From: Amoebidium appalachense
Taxonomy: Eukaryota > Protista > Ichthyosporea
Assembly: GCA_963693365.1 (NCBI GenBank)
Contig: CAVNZM010000012.1
Coordinates: 1,674,001 to 1,738,000, forward strand
DNA length: 64,000 nt
Direction of reading: 5' to 3'
Part shown: one piece after another, positions 51,212 to 63,373 of the stretch
How the letters are laid out: each line of letters opens with the position of its first letter
How positions within the stretch are numbered: the first letter of the stretch is position 1
Program-made: the position numbers and the translations under genes
The notes under the pieces: model-generated
The model's database searches: none
What the model was told of the DNA's origin: nothing
Seen by the model: the letters and a program-made list of their open reading frames with translations, nothing else

Positions 51212-53008
51212 CGCGCGTCGGCATGTGCGTGCGGGCGTGTGTGTGTGTGTGTGTGCCCCTGTGTCTTCCATGTGAGAAGACAGCTTATTGCTTGTCCTCA
51301 CTCATCATGAGCTAAACAAGAAGATAGAAGAGAATATAAAAAAGTGGCGGATGAAGGGGGAGAGGAGCCGGGGGGAGGGGGGGAGGGGGGGGAGGGGGAG
51401 GAGGGGGCAGCGGGCAGAGATGGGAGGTGGGGAGGGGAGAAAGGAAAGATGGGGGTACGGGGGGACGGGGGGCGGGCAGCGGGGGGGACAGGAGGAGGGG
51501 GGAGGGGGGGGGGGGAGGGGGGGACAAGCACGGGGTAAACCCGTGAAGTTGGGTTATCAAACGTGTACATTCCTGCCTGCGTAACTTATTATCCCTGGCT
51601 ACCCTACCATTACCCCCCCCCCCCCCCCCCTCTCCCTTCCCCCCCCGTTTCCCTCTCACATCGTCGCACGTACCCCCCGTACACTCGCACAGCTGTGGAA
51701 TGTTATGCCCAGCACACGAACCACCTGGGCAGTGCACGTTGGGCACCTGGTCAGCCCGTGCACAATCACCTGCCACGTTGACAGCCTTAAAAACACTTGT
51801 CTAATCCCCCACCTGATCCTTCTTCCTCAGAAAAATGACTCTCCATTCCTACCCCCTACCTATACAACGCTCAAGCAGTACACCTTTCTGAATCCTTCCG
51901 ATGCCGTGCACCAACTACTCCCTGTTACGGTCCCCCCTCTCAAAACAGCACATCATACGTACCGTTTATCGCAATTGCCAGTTGGGCGGCAAGTTTGCTT
52001 AGCTCAAGGGTGGACATCTTCGAGAGGTGTTCTGTGTGCACGGGAATTCTTAGTTTACAAAAAAGGCTCCCTGTGCACAATAAACCATGCAAGTACGTCA
52101 AGAACGAAAACGATGCACACCAGGGCCCAAAGCACACCCCCACAAGGCTCCCCCTCCTCCTTTTCCCCTCACTTCTTTCGCCATCATCCCGTACCGTGGT
52201 ATCCATCGACAGTTCGCACAAACACAAAACATTCACACACAAGGAACTAAACGTGGTTCTGCCCTTCACCAGACTCTCACGATTAACACCACAACCAAGC
52301 ATTTCACACAAAAAAAACCACACACACCCATTGACCCTGTACAGACCCGCACAGGTGCAGGGTACATAGTGAAAACGACACTCAAAACCCACACAAACGC
52401 ACACGAAATCACAGTAACACCACCTCCAGCAACAGCCAAACAAATACACAGACTCAAAACACACGCACACACACACGCATGCACACACGCACATACACAC
52501 ACGTGCACACCAAATACCCACCTTCTTTGTACGTGATCTTTGCCATTTCAAGCGCCTGCTTTTGCCTCCTTCCTAGCGCAGGTGACGTCAACGGAGCTGC
52601 CGAACCATCGACATTCAAGTATGGGTCAGCTATCTGCTTGTTAAACCCCTGCCATCCCAGCGCCTTTTTCGGTTTTCTCATCGAACCAGACCGAGACCTA
52701 TCCAAAGGAGAAGCAGAAGCGGATTTCTGTGAGCCCGTCCCATCTGGTTGTGAGTTATGGCGAAATATTCTATATTCGTTGGGTGACAGGGGCTCGCTGC
52801 CGCTATTGTTTTTGGCATCAAGACTCTGTAATGGGTTGAAATCCTGTGAACGTGAAGTTCTCATTGATGGCCTTGTGTTGAGACTCCCGCTCCCTTCAGA
52901 ATCTGAATCCAATCCTGTGAACGAGGAAGAAGGGGCCGGCGAGAGTGGGTCCTTTTCTAGGCGGATGCCTACGGGAGAGTCGTGGCGTGGCTCAATGATG
53001 GCTGCCAT
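48201..53008 (-). CDS. Hypothetical protein: Ser-rich N-terminus, C-terminal coiled coil
   Basis: Phase-1-compatible exons 53008-52522, 52031-51963 (HLSKMSTLELSKLAAQLAIAIN), 50248-50120 (DVTMENTEVLRDQRQIQEDNEKLSHLMAKI) and a terminal exon near 48270-48201 (two candidate acceptors). Confidence 0.6.
48308..48684 (-). mobile_element. Subfamily A copy of the intronic structured-RNA repeat
   Basis: Reverse complement of ~14290-14667 with only a few substitutions; flanked by G-runs on + (poly-C on the element strand). Sense to the minus-strand host gene and ~35 nt upstream of a candidate acceptor. Confidence 0.9.
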
Positions 53009-53732
53009 GGTGTCGGGGCGCTTACTACTTTAGTGCAAAGAAAAACGATTATAAGTTGATAAGGATAGAGTTTCACTTGTAGAATGAGCTCGAGGGTAGC
53101 CCCAACATGAACACGTTCTTTAGCAAAGGCGAAGAATGTGGACACGGAATTCTAATTGCTGACTTTATAATGCACTCAAAGAGAAATAGACTTATCAAAG
53201 AGTGTGGTCGGGTGCTCAAACTGACACAAACACACGACTAAAATGGTTTGTGTCCAACGTTGGACAAAAAAGCAAACTCGTTGGAGGTTGTCAAGTGTCA
53301 GGCATGCATGCATGTCACAACACGTTTTATTGCAGATGAACCTTTTGATTGGCGGAAAACTCAATGGTATGTAGAGTTTATGACCGAAAGCCAATCACTG
53401 TTCAGGTGGTTTCCAACGGCCGTTGCCAACTTGCCAAGTTGCCGTACTTGTGTACTTGTGTTTCGCTATCAATAAAAGAATAGACAAGTTGAACAAGTTA
53501 GGTGTACATCAATACTTTTTACAATGCCGTGCAAGAATTTGAGAGCTATTGACGGCGTTAGCCGTCGATGATGATTGGCTGACGGCATGCTGGTACTCCA
53601 ATCCCCCAAGCTCTACGGTGACCGAAGTGAATCCCGGCCAGGCACCTAAATTTCATCGCCCTGATAATCATTATCATTTTTATGTTTAATAAAAATTAAG
53701 AAGACGCTTTATCTTATCATCCGCATGAAGAT

Positions 53733-54449
53733 TTTTTTATTATTTTTTTTTATTTTATCCCGTTTCACTCCCGGCGAGGCACTGCCTCAGGGGAGCTTAC
53801 CGTCTTCCGCCTAGACACAGATCGTACTGTATAGCACTCTCATAAGTCAGGATTCTAATTGACCCCAACTGGCACTATTTTTAGTTACGCCTTATCCCAC
53901 GGTTCTAGCCGCAGCAACGCTACAAGCTTTTAGTGGGGAAGTGAGCTCAACAACACCAGCCGGAAGCGACCCGGGACACATACACAAACATAAAGACTTG
54001 AAAGGGAAGACCCCATGCCCAGGACGCTGACCCGAACCGTGGCCGGTGACTCGGATTGGTCTCCCACTTGACTCAGTTGGGCCGGGATGCCCAAGCGGCG
54101 CGCCGTCGACGTGAGAGGGCCGGTGCTGTTCATGACGTCATGTCTTGCGGCCGGATGATAACAAATGGTGGTGCTGCTTGACGTGGTCTGGGGTGATGCC
54201 TTCTAGGCAAGGCCTCCTAAATAGCACACCGGTGTGCTATTTAGGAGGCGGTGTGCTATTTCCCGCCGGTGTGCTATTTACCTCCTAAATAGCACACCGG
54301 TGTGCTATTTAGGAGGCCTTGCTTCTAGGGGGCGGCCAGACCGGTCGACCGTCGAGGCAGAATAAAAATTGGAAGTAACCAGGATCGATCCTGCGACTTT
54401 GAGCTTGACACGCAGAGATCTTACCATTGCACCAACCCGCCCCCCATCA
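53733..54449 (-). mobile_element. tRNA-derived SINE (tRNA-Asp-like head), copy 1
   Basis: Minus strand begins GGGGGCGGGTTGGTGCAATGGTAAGATCTCTGCGTGTCAAGC...GCAGGATCGATCC (Pol III A box TGGTGCAATGG, B box GGATCGATCC, GTC in the anticodon position) and ends in an A-rich tail. TSD gcatgaagat at 53723-53732 and 54450-54459. Confidence 0.9.
54208..54321. mobile_element. 114-bp palindromic MITE nested in the SINE, 8-bp TSD
   Basis: caaggcctcc...ggaggccttg flanked by cttctagg at 54200-54207 and 54322-54329. SINE copy 2 has a single cttctagg at the same position (empty site). Confidence 0.9.
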
Positions 54450-55237
54450 GCATGAAGATGGAAAAAGAGAAATAATTTTTAATTGTATTGATATCCACAC
54501 AACACATGTAAACAAAAAAAAAATCTGCCAGAAATCTATAACTGCCATATAGTATGCAGCCATAATCTGATCATATGATAATAGTGTGTTATTGGCACGT
54601 GAAATTACGCTGCTTATCAGGTTTAAGGAGAGTATTCTCGGCATAGTTGCCTCACACCGATTCCTCTTCCTGTACATTCGATGCGCGGCCAAGGCAGCCA
54701 GGTTGTTATTAGATAACACTTCGTAAGTGTAGTGTCTTTTTACGTTAGGTGCATTTTTCGTGGTAGCTTTTCCCTTAATGATAGCTGTTAAATACGGGCA
54801 ACGGCCGTCCTAAGCGAGTATTTTCTTATGCGTTTTCATAGCCTGGCAAGTAGGGCCACAAGATTTTCGGGATTTTTTTTTTTTAGGGACATTTTTGTCG
54901 GCCCGAACGGATGATTAGCCAGCACTTTCAACGGATGACCTATGGGGCGTGTGCACATAGTGCGAAGAGAAATTATAAATATAGTTACGTGTGCACAACT
55001 TTTGGAACAGAACTTTGTTGATACTTCAAAGCTGTGATAACCTGACACATTTACATCACAATCTGATGACACGCAAAACATTGGCAATCACTGGCACAAA
55101 AACGACGGGAACCGAGCCCATTCGAGTCTTCTAGCTAGGTAGTTGTGACAGGGTAGCTTGATATTGCTGTTATAACATCATTGCCTCAACTCAGCCACAC
55201 ACACTGTACTCTAAGCTGGCTAAGTGACTTCAGAGTC

Positions 55238-56137
55238 ATGTCCACCATACCTGATTGGGGTGGTCTCGACATGGCTAGCCTAGGACAACATCCACAGTCC
55301 CCACATGCACTTCCACTTGAGTTCTCTTTGCATAATGAGCAGGACTTCGTAGATACGGATGGAGACGGTTCAAATGAAAATGACAATACCAAAAAGCGAC
55401 ATAGGCGAACGTTTTCCGAGTTGGAAAGGAGCTTCGTGTGTGGATACCCTGCGTGTGGGAGGCCGTATGCATCAGAACATGCACTCAACCAGCACATCAG
55501 GTTGGTATTCACCAACTCTTCCACTTTTTTTTAGCGCGGCAATTGGTTGGCTTTAGAGTTAAGAACAGAAATGTTGTGCATCTGTGCACGTGTTCCAGGA
55601 CCAGTGATCTCCGATGATGACCAGCTTATGCAGTCGTTTGCAGCACCTTTCTCAGGCCCCACTTGTGCTACTCCGATCTTGGTTATGGTCTGCAATTTCG
55701 CACAGTGAATTACAATTGCAGAGATTGGCCACAAAAAAGATAGAAAGACTGGCTATAAGTTCTTTGTTATTCCAATAATGCAATTTCCTTAGTTCCAAGG
55801 GGGCTGTCTGCGAATAAACGTGCGTCTTTGCGTGTGTGTCGTGTGATTGAACACTGTCTTCAATCATCTAGTCTTTTTGTCCAAACGCTGTGTGTGCATG
55901 GTCCTATGGCGCGCGCGGTGATTCTCATGTTCTCTAACATTCTTTTTCGTAACAGACTCAAGCATGCAAACCACAGCCCCGGGCTGTCTCGAAGTCGTGC
56001 GTCGAGCGCATCTGTAAATTTTGGTGTAGGCTTGGACTATGGTGGGTTCTCTCTCTCACTCTGTGTGTTTGTGTGTTGTGTGGGTGTGGGTATACGTGTG
56101 TCTCTGCGTATGTAAAATTTGTGCACGTGTGTGCATG

Positions 56138-56177
<40 letters not shown>

Positions 56178-56880
56178 ACGTGCGTGCCTGCGTGCCTGCG
56201 CGCGCCCACATACAAGCATGTGTGTGTGTGTGTGTGTGTGTGTACAGTTGTGTGTGTGTGTGTGTGCCTGTCACGGTGCGCGCGTGTGCACTCGCGTGTG
56301 CTTTTGCGTATGCTCTTGTCTGCCTGTATGTTGTGTGCGCGTATGTGCGCGTGCTCGCGTGTGTATGTTTGTGTGCATAATCACGCTGTGTTCACTTATT
56401 GTTTAGGATTCTACACATCATGGGAGTAGTTACCATTCCCAGCCGAGAACCATAGATGTCCTTGCAGTCTCTGTTTGGGTGTGCATCAGCCAGGTGGTTG
56501 GTAGTTCCGTGATGTCACCGTGTGTTTATGTGTGCTGTTGTTTGTGTGTGTGTGTGTGTGCCAGTGTGCCGTGTGTTAATGTGTGTCCATGGATGTGTAT
56601 ATCTGCGGGTTACATGGCTCTGCTTTTGTTTGTGTGTGTGTGCGTGTGTGTGTGCCAGTGTGTGTTTCCCTGTTTTATATGCGAGACATCGTGTGTTCAA
56701 GTAAACTGTATATTCCCTGTTACCCTTTAGACACCCCGCCAGAGTTGTCGTTGCATCATGGCAGACCGTTCTGACACAAAGGACATCCGTTTGATCAACG
56801 AGCACATGATACCCAGGTTGCACAATCCTGCACGCAAACTAGTCACCCCTCGAAAGCACACACACACCCTACCCCCCCTC

Positions 56881-56918
<38 letters not shown>

Positions 56919-58363
56919 CCCTTTCTTCAACCCCGCTCCACACTACAAATAGTATCTTCTTTCCTTGATGCCCCGGTGATCACTCGCTCCAATTCGTCCC
57001 ACCCACGAACATAGCTGACCATTCCCTTAACATATGCAGTACCGAATTCAAGTGACCCATACACCAAGGTGCCCATCCCGATGTTTTCTGCCCACGGGGG
57101 TGGTGGTACCCATCTCTCTCCAGTTACAACCTCAAATCCCTCATGGCAACCCACCCCCACGCTCCTGTCCGTGTCCCCTGCACGCATGGGCGATAGGAGC
57201 CCCTCACACCCACCAACAAACCTGAGGCCAACGTTCCAACCATATCCATCTGTTCAACGTTCACCGGAACAGGAGTTTTTGCAAAGTCAAGTTGACCAAA
57301 CGAATTTCCTTCTTTCACACACACTGAGCGGTGATGATGTGAAGTCTGAAACGATGGGTGCCAGATTCGATCTCATTCAGAGCCATTATGAGCATTTAAC
57401 AGAAACTGTATTGACACCAGACTACGACCGACATTACGAGTCCACCGGTGCCACAGACTCGGATGCATTCCTTCGGGATTTGAACAACGTCAACGATTTG
57501 TTGAAGCTGCAGGGGGTATTGGAACATTTACTTGCATCTAACGCAACACCGTTTTCGAACTCGGGTAAGACTTCAGATAATTTGACCCTTGGCAAAAAGG
57601 GGTCAGTGTCGCCCATTTGTGCTGGGATGAACAACATGGGGATAAACGATGACGGCAGTCTGTCCCCATCCACCCCCGGGGCGAACATGGGATATCACAG
57701 CGCCTCCATTTCACCGAACCAAATCGGAAAAACCAACACGAATTACGGGAATTTCGGGGACAAAGGTGCTAGCGTCGACAATATCAGGCTGCTAGTGCCG
57801 ACAGCAAAACCCGCCATCGGCCGGCGATATTCGGAGCCGCCACAGCTTTTGTTTGACGAACATGAGAATTCCGGTGAGGATTATCGGCAGTGCAAACAGG
57901 AATACCCTCCCCCAGGAAGTCTTCCGCCGGTACCCCGATTCAATGTTCCCCCGCCTAATCAGCAAAACTATGATGCGCCCGTTTCTACAGGCCGGTGGCA
58001 GGAACCCGTTCGGGCCGACCCGAAAGACGAGGAGAGTAAGCAGAGGTATGTCGAGTCGTTGCTGGGACGGTATAGAAGGACCCCGGCACAGGACCGACCA
58101 CATGATGAAGGTTTGAACCCCCCCCTCCCCCCCCCCTCCCCCCGGAGCGAAGGATGGGCTCTACTTATCTTTCATACTAAGGGAGTAATTACAATACTCT
58201 ATACCCTAAAGAATTAATTCGAGTCTCTTAAGAGCCATCGCTCTTAGAGTAGTTGCACCTACTCTTTCCTATTCTTAGTACTATATGATGTGTACTCATG
58301 TGAGCACTTTGCCTTATGTTGTCGATCATCAAGAGTTTTTTTAGAAGCTGTGACCCATTCTGT

Positions 58364-58405
<42 letters not shown>

Positions 58406-58651
58406 CTCCGTCCTCCCCCCTCCTGCCCGTCGGCATGTACTCCTCTCTCACTGTAACTCCTTGTGTTCATTTTCCAATGCTTTCCCGTGTGTGTCCTACT
58501 AATGGCACCCTTTTTAGTTGAAGTCTGTTTCTGATTTGACCCCCCACCCCCCCATCCTCCCCTCAGTGGATAACCCCCCCCCCCCCCCCCCCCCCTCCCC
58601 CCCCTCCCCCCTCCCCCCTGCCTCACCCACCCATCCACCCACCCATCCGCA

Positions 58652-58720
<69 letters not shown>

Positions 58721-59500
58721 AGGACGTTTTCTACCTTGTCTGATACACCTATTGTGTGCAACGCATTAACATTAAGCTACATGTAACGAATTTGTAGTTT
58801 GGACTTTCTATTGCATGTAGCCCCCTCCCCCCCTCCCCGTTCTCCCCACCCACCCACCCACCCATCCACCCATCCACGATTTTTGTAATTCGGCATAGGT
58901 CAGGCAAGGCTAGAAGGAGTTGAGGAGGGCAAGGGATGGAGAAGGGAGGGGAAGGGGAAGCATGCACGGTGTGGCATATGTGCATGCATTGAGAGAACTT
59001 ACACACCTTGCAGGGGTCGGACTCGTAACGTGTTTGTTCATTATGGCACACACATGTTTTTGTGTTCACAGTACTTGGTGTTGTGTGCACACAATGCCTG
59101 GGGGGTTCTGTGCACACAGTGTCTTGGTGTCGTGTGCACACAGTGCTTTGTGTCGTGTGTACAAGTGCCTGGTGGTGTGTGCAAACAGTGCTTGGTGGTG
59201 TGTGCACACAATGCCTGGTGGTGTGTGCACACAGTGCCTGTTGGTGTGTGCACACAGTGCCTGGTGGTGTGTGCACACAGTGCCTGGTGGTGGGTGCACA
59301 CGGTGCCTGTTGGTGTGTGCACACAGTGCCTGGTGGTGTGTGCACACACCATATCTGCGAGTGCCATAAATTGTCGTGCTCTGTGCTGAACGCCTAACGG
59401 CTGGGGGAATTTCTACGATGCTTTCCATGTATGGAAATTCGTGCAAGATTGCAGCTCAATTGTATTGCTGACACCACCGTCCTTCCTCTCCCTTCCCCTC

Positions 59501-59544
<44 letters not shown>

Positions 59545-59563
59545 ACCACCACCACCACCACCA

Positions 59564-59602
<39 letters not shown>

Positions 59603-59937
59603 CTTCTTTCCCTTATTTTCTTCCTCCCCTCACAATCACCTGTTTTCCTTCCACCAAAACACACAGGTGGTGTCCAAAACCAGTCATGGAGAGATCCAAC
59701 AATCCATTCTCCGGTCAGCATTCAACACACGCCCCTTACCTCCCCATCCAATCAAACACCACCCGTGATTTCGGGGACATCGCTTAACCCGTGGGGGTAC
59801 AAAAATGAGCTTCCTGCATCTCGCCCAATCCTACGCAGCCGATCGGGATCGCTATCCATCCGCAATACCAAATCAGATAGCGCCGCTCAGATGCCACCCC
59901 GCGGTCGTTCACTCAGCAGGTTGCATATGCCGACGTA

Positions 59938-59975
<38 letters not shown>

Positions 59976-60064
59976 GCCCTACACGCGCATGCACGCACAA
60001 ACACTTGCGTGCGCGTGCACGCCCGCGCGCACACACACACACACACACAGACACAGACATACAC

Positions 60065-60103
<39 letters not shown>

Positions 60104-60386
60104 ATGAAACACAGCACATAAATGAACACATGTGCATGAAACACAAGCAACCGCATACATACATACAAACGCCGCACACGCCTGCCATACAGATACAACT
60201 CCTTCTCCTCTTCCCTGACATAAGTCACCACATATCCAAGCAATAAAAACACCCATGGCCACATATAGATCCCCCAATCATATCGATCCTCACCTAGGAG
60301 GTAGTTCTAATTTGATGTGTAGACATCTGATTTTCAATGACACATTGTTCCAACAATATTTCAAGATTGCAACCGCTTGAAGATTG

Positions 60387-60431
<45 letters not shown>

Positions 60432-60746
60432 ACCACCACCACCACCACCACCACCACCACCACCACCACCACCAGATCTTCCTTCCCTCTCCCTCAGCAG
60501 TACCTCACCCCACACTTCCACACTCCATCCCTCCCTCTCTTCCTTTCCAAGCCCAAAACACACACACACACCCCTCCAAATACATATTCTAACCGTTTTA
60601 AATGTTTCTTTACGAGCTCCTATTCCAGGATACAGCAGGACTGACCTGTGAATCTCCCCCCCCCCCCCCCCCCCCCCCCCCCCTGCAGCCTGGAAAGCCA
60701 AACCCAGTGTCACCTGGTCCACACACGCACACGCACAACATGCACC

Positions 60747-60778
<32 letters not shown>

Positions 60779-60819
60779 CACACTCACTCACTCACTCACT
60801 CACTCACTCACTCACTCAC

Positions 60820-60857
<38 letters not shown>

Positions 60858-61332
60858 ACCCACACACACACACGCACACACTTGCACACTACATAGCAGG
60901 CAGCCATACCACCGAGATGCCAAGCCATCGCCCCCCGTCCAACCCACCGACTCCCCCATGTGCTTCGACTCACCTAGTGGTGACGTATTGTCGGGAGAAC
61001 CCCTAGAGTATTTCACAATCGACGAAGCTTTACTGACCAATCCAAACGGAGAAAAATACTGCGAAAGCCCCGATATTTTTTCAGCATGGCATATTAATAT
61101 TGATTCGCAATCGGACAGTCGGCCTGATATCAAAAATACGCGGATTTCAGACTATTACGGTCAACAGAAATTAGATCCCCGCCCCGATCAAGTGCAGAGG
61201 GTGAACTACTCTACAGAGTCACTGAATAGGGGTTCAATGAATCTGATCGGGGAGGAAGGGGTTAAACTGTCTCCGGGGGAGTCGAGAGCGGTTGATGATT
61301 TGGCGACTGAGTTAAGGTTTTTGGTTCATTGA
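55238..61332 (+). CDS. C2H2 zinc-finger protein with a long disordered C-terminus
   Basis: Exon 55238-55500 ([36 protein letters not shown]) joins exon 55956-~56023 (RLKH) to complete the C2H2 finger. Further exons ~57000-58110, 59667-59919 and ~60899-61332. Internal boundaries approximate. Confidence 0.75.
59068..59350. repeat. Minisatellite, ~22-bp unit (gtgtgtgcacacagtgcctggtg-like), about a dozen copies
   Basis: Direct tandem units with point variants and no unique spacers; intronic. Confidence 0.9.
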
Positions 61333-61531
61333 TGAGCTCACGATCGAGTTAGAAGCAGGAAGGTTTGTGTGTGTGTGTGTGTTTTGGGGGGGGGGGGGGC
61401 TTGTAAAGCTTTTTTCCCCTCTAACGTTATGTGACTGATGGGCTTCATTTAACGGTTTGTCATTTGAGGGTGGCTCGATTTGTGGGTGTGTGTATGTGTG
61501 TGTTGTTTGTGTGTGCGTGTGCATGTGCGTG

Positions 61532-61575
<44 letters not shown>

Positions 61576-61987
61576 CACACACACATGTGTGCCTGTGTGA
61601 GCGGATGTGTGCGCGTGTCTTTTTGTGTACATGCGCATGCGTGTGTGAGTGTGTGCTGGCGATCGCGCGCGTGTGTGTATTATAATAACATGATAACTTG
61701 TACAGGATCACCAGTAGATGCATCTATTGTTAATTTTTTTATTTCTATTTTTTTCTCTCCTGACCAGAAGTTGAGCTTCATGGCATGTAACGATAGTTGT
61801 GTAACGCTGTACATGCACAATGTGGATTGCAACAGAAGGAATGAACTATTGCGACACTTAATATGATAAGAGGGCTGAATATAAACCATGGCTACCGCTA
61901 GTTAACTGGGTTTGAAGGCCAAGAATACACATATCTATATACAATGATTCTATACGTAGTGTCACTGATATCGTTTTTTATTTTTTA

Positions 61988-62260
61988 TAATGACGTTATT
62001 GATATGCTCAGCAAAATAGAAGCCATCGAGATATCACCGATATCTCGGAGAAGAAAATACAAAAGCCCTCACTCTCGGATACGGAGGAGATAACGACTTA
62101 AATAATCATACACCCTAGAAAACTAATGACTTTATTGATATGCTCAGCAAAATAGAAGCCATCGACATATCACCGATATCTCGGAGAAGAAAATACAAAA
62201 GCCCTCACTCTCGGATACGGAGGAGATAACGACTTAAATAATCATACACCCTAGAAAACT
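61988..62260. repeat. Tandem duplication, ~136-bp period
   Basis: aatgac.ttattgatatgctcagcaaaatagaagccatcga.atatcaccgatatctcggag...caccctagaaaact at ~61989 and ~62125. Confidence 0.9.
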
Positions 62261-62275
62261 CGTTATTGTGATGGA

Positions 62276-62306
<31 letters not shown>

Positions 62307-62556
62307 TACACACCCACACACACCCACACACACCCACACACACCACCACCACCACAAACACACACACATACAATCCCTTTCACACAAAAAAATAATACTA
62401 TCATAGAGACACACATGTACACACATGCGCGCGTCCGAACACAGAAAAAACAGGTATACGTAGAAAAAAGGAAGATACTTTCGAAGAAAAGAATGGTAAC
62501 GCAAGGAAGAAAACAAAGTTGGTGTACGCACGGGTGTGTCTCTGTGGTGGTTCCTT

Positions 62557-63047
62557 TTTTTTATTGTTTTTTTTTTATTTTTATTTTATCCCGTTTCACC
62601 CCCGGCGAGGCACTGCCTCAGGGGAGCTTACCGTCTTCCGCCTAGACACAGATCGTACTGTGTAGCACACTCATAACGGTCAGGATTCTAATTGACCCCA
62701 ACTGGCACAATTTTTATATTGTAGTTACGCCTTATCCCACGGTTCATGCTTAACCGGCGCGCCGTCGACGTCAGAGGGCCGGTGCTGTTCATGACGTCAT
62801 GTCTTGCGGCTGGATGATAACAAATTGGTGGTGCTGCTTGACGTGGTCTGGGGTGATGGCTTCTAGGGGGCGGCCAGACTGGTGGACCCTGGCTGAGGCA
62901 GAACAAAAATAGGAAGTAACCAGGCCTAGGATCGATCCTGCGACTTTGAGCTTGACCACGGCCATCTAGAAACACCGGTGTTTCTAGATGGCCGTGAGCT
63001 TGACACGCAGACATCTTACCATTGCACCAACCCGCCCCCCCCTGTGG
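62557..63047 (-). mobile_element. tRNA-derived SINE, copy 2 (internally deleted)
   Basis: Same head, body and tail as 53733-54449 but lacks ~190 bp (53906-54095). TSD tgtggtggttcctt at 62543-62556 and 63048-63061. Confidence 0.9.
62957..62996. mobile_element. 40-bp perfect-palindrome insertion with 8-bp TSD inside the SINE head
   Basis: cacggccatctagaaacacc|ggtgtttctagatggccgtg flanked by agcttgac at 62949-62956 and 62997-63004. SINE copy 1 has a single agcttgac (~54402). Confidence 0.92.
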
Positions 63048-63373
63048 TGTGGTGGTTCCTTGCGACACATGCATGCAAGGGAGGATGCAAAACTTAAAAA
63101 ACGTGCAGCACAACGAACCACCAATACGTGCACACGCCCGTGCGTATCAGTCTATTCTACACGCATTTTCACACAGCGCACACCCGTGTAGGTACATACA
63201 CCATCACACCATGCCATACAACACGGGCTGGCACACAAAGAAGCACCTTTGTGATTTATCAGCCTAGGGGCACTCGACTACCAGATGAGGGGAAGAGGGT
63301 GGAGGGTGTGTGTGCGGTACGCGTTCGTGGGTAGGTGCCACGACGTGGGAGCCCTACGCTACGGGTGTCGTAA

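Noticed and set aside
54370-54445. Functional tRNA-Asp gene
   Set aside because: Acceptor and anticodon stems do not pair well; it is the head of a TSD-flanked, A-tailed SINE.
59068-59350. CRISPR-like array
   Set aside because: Contiguous tandem units with no unique spacers, no cas genes, eukaryotic intron.
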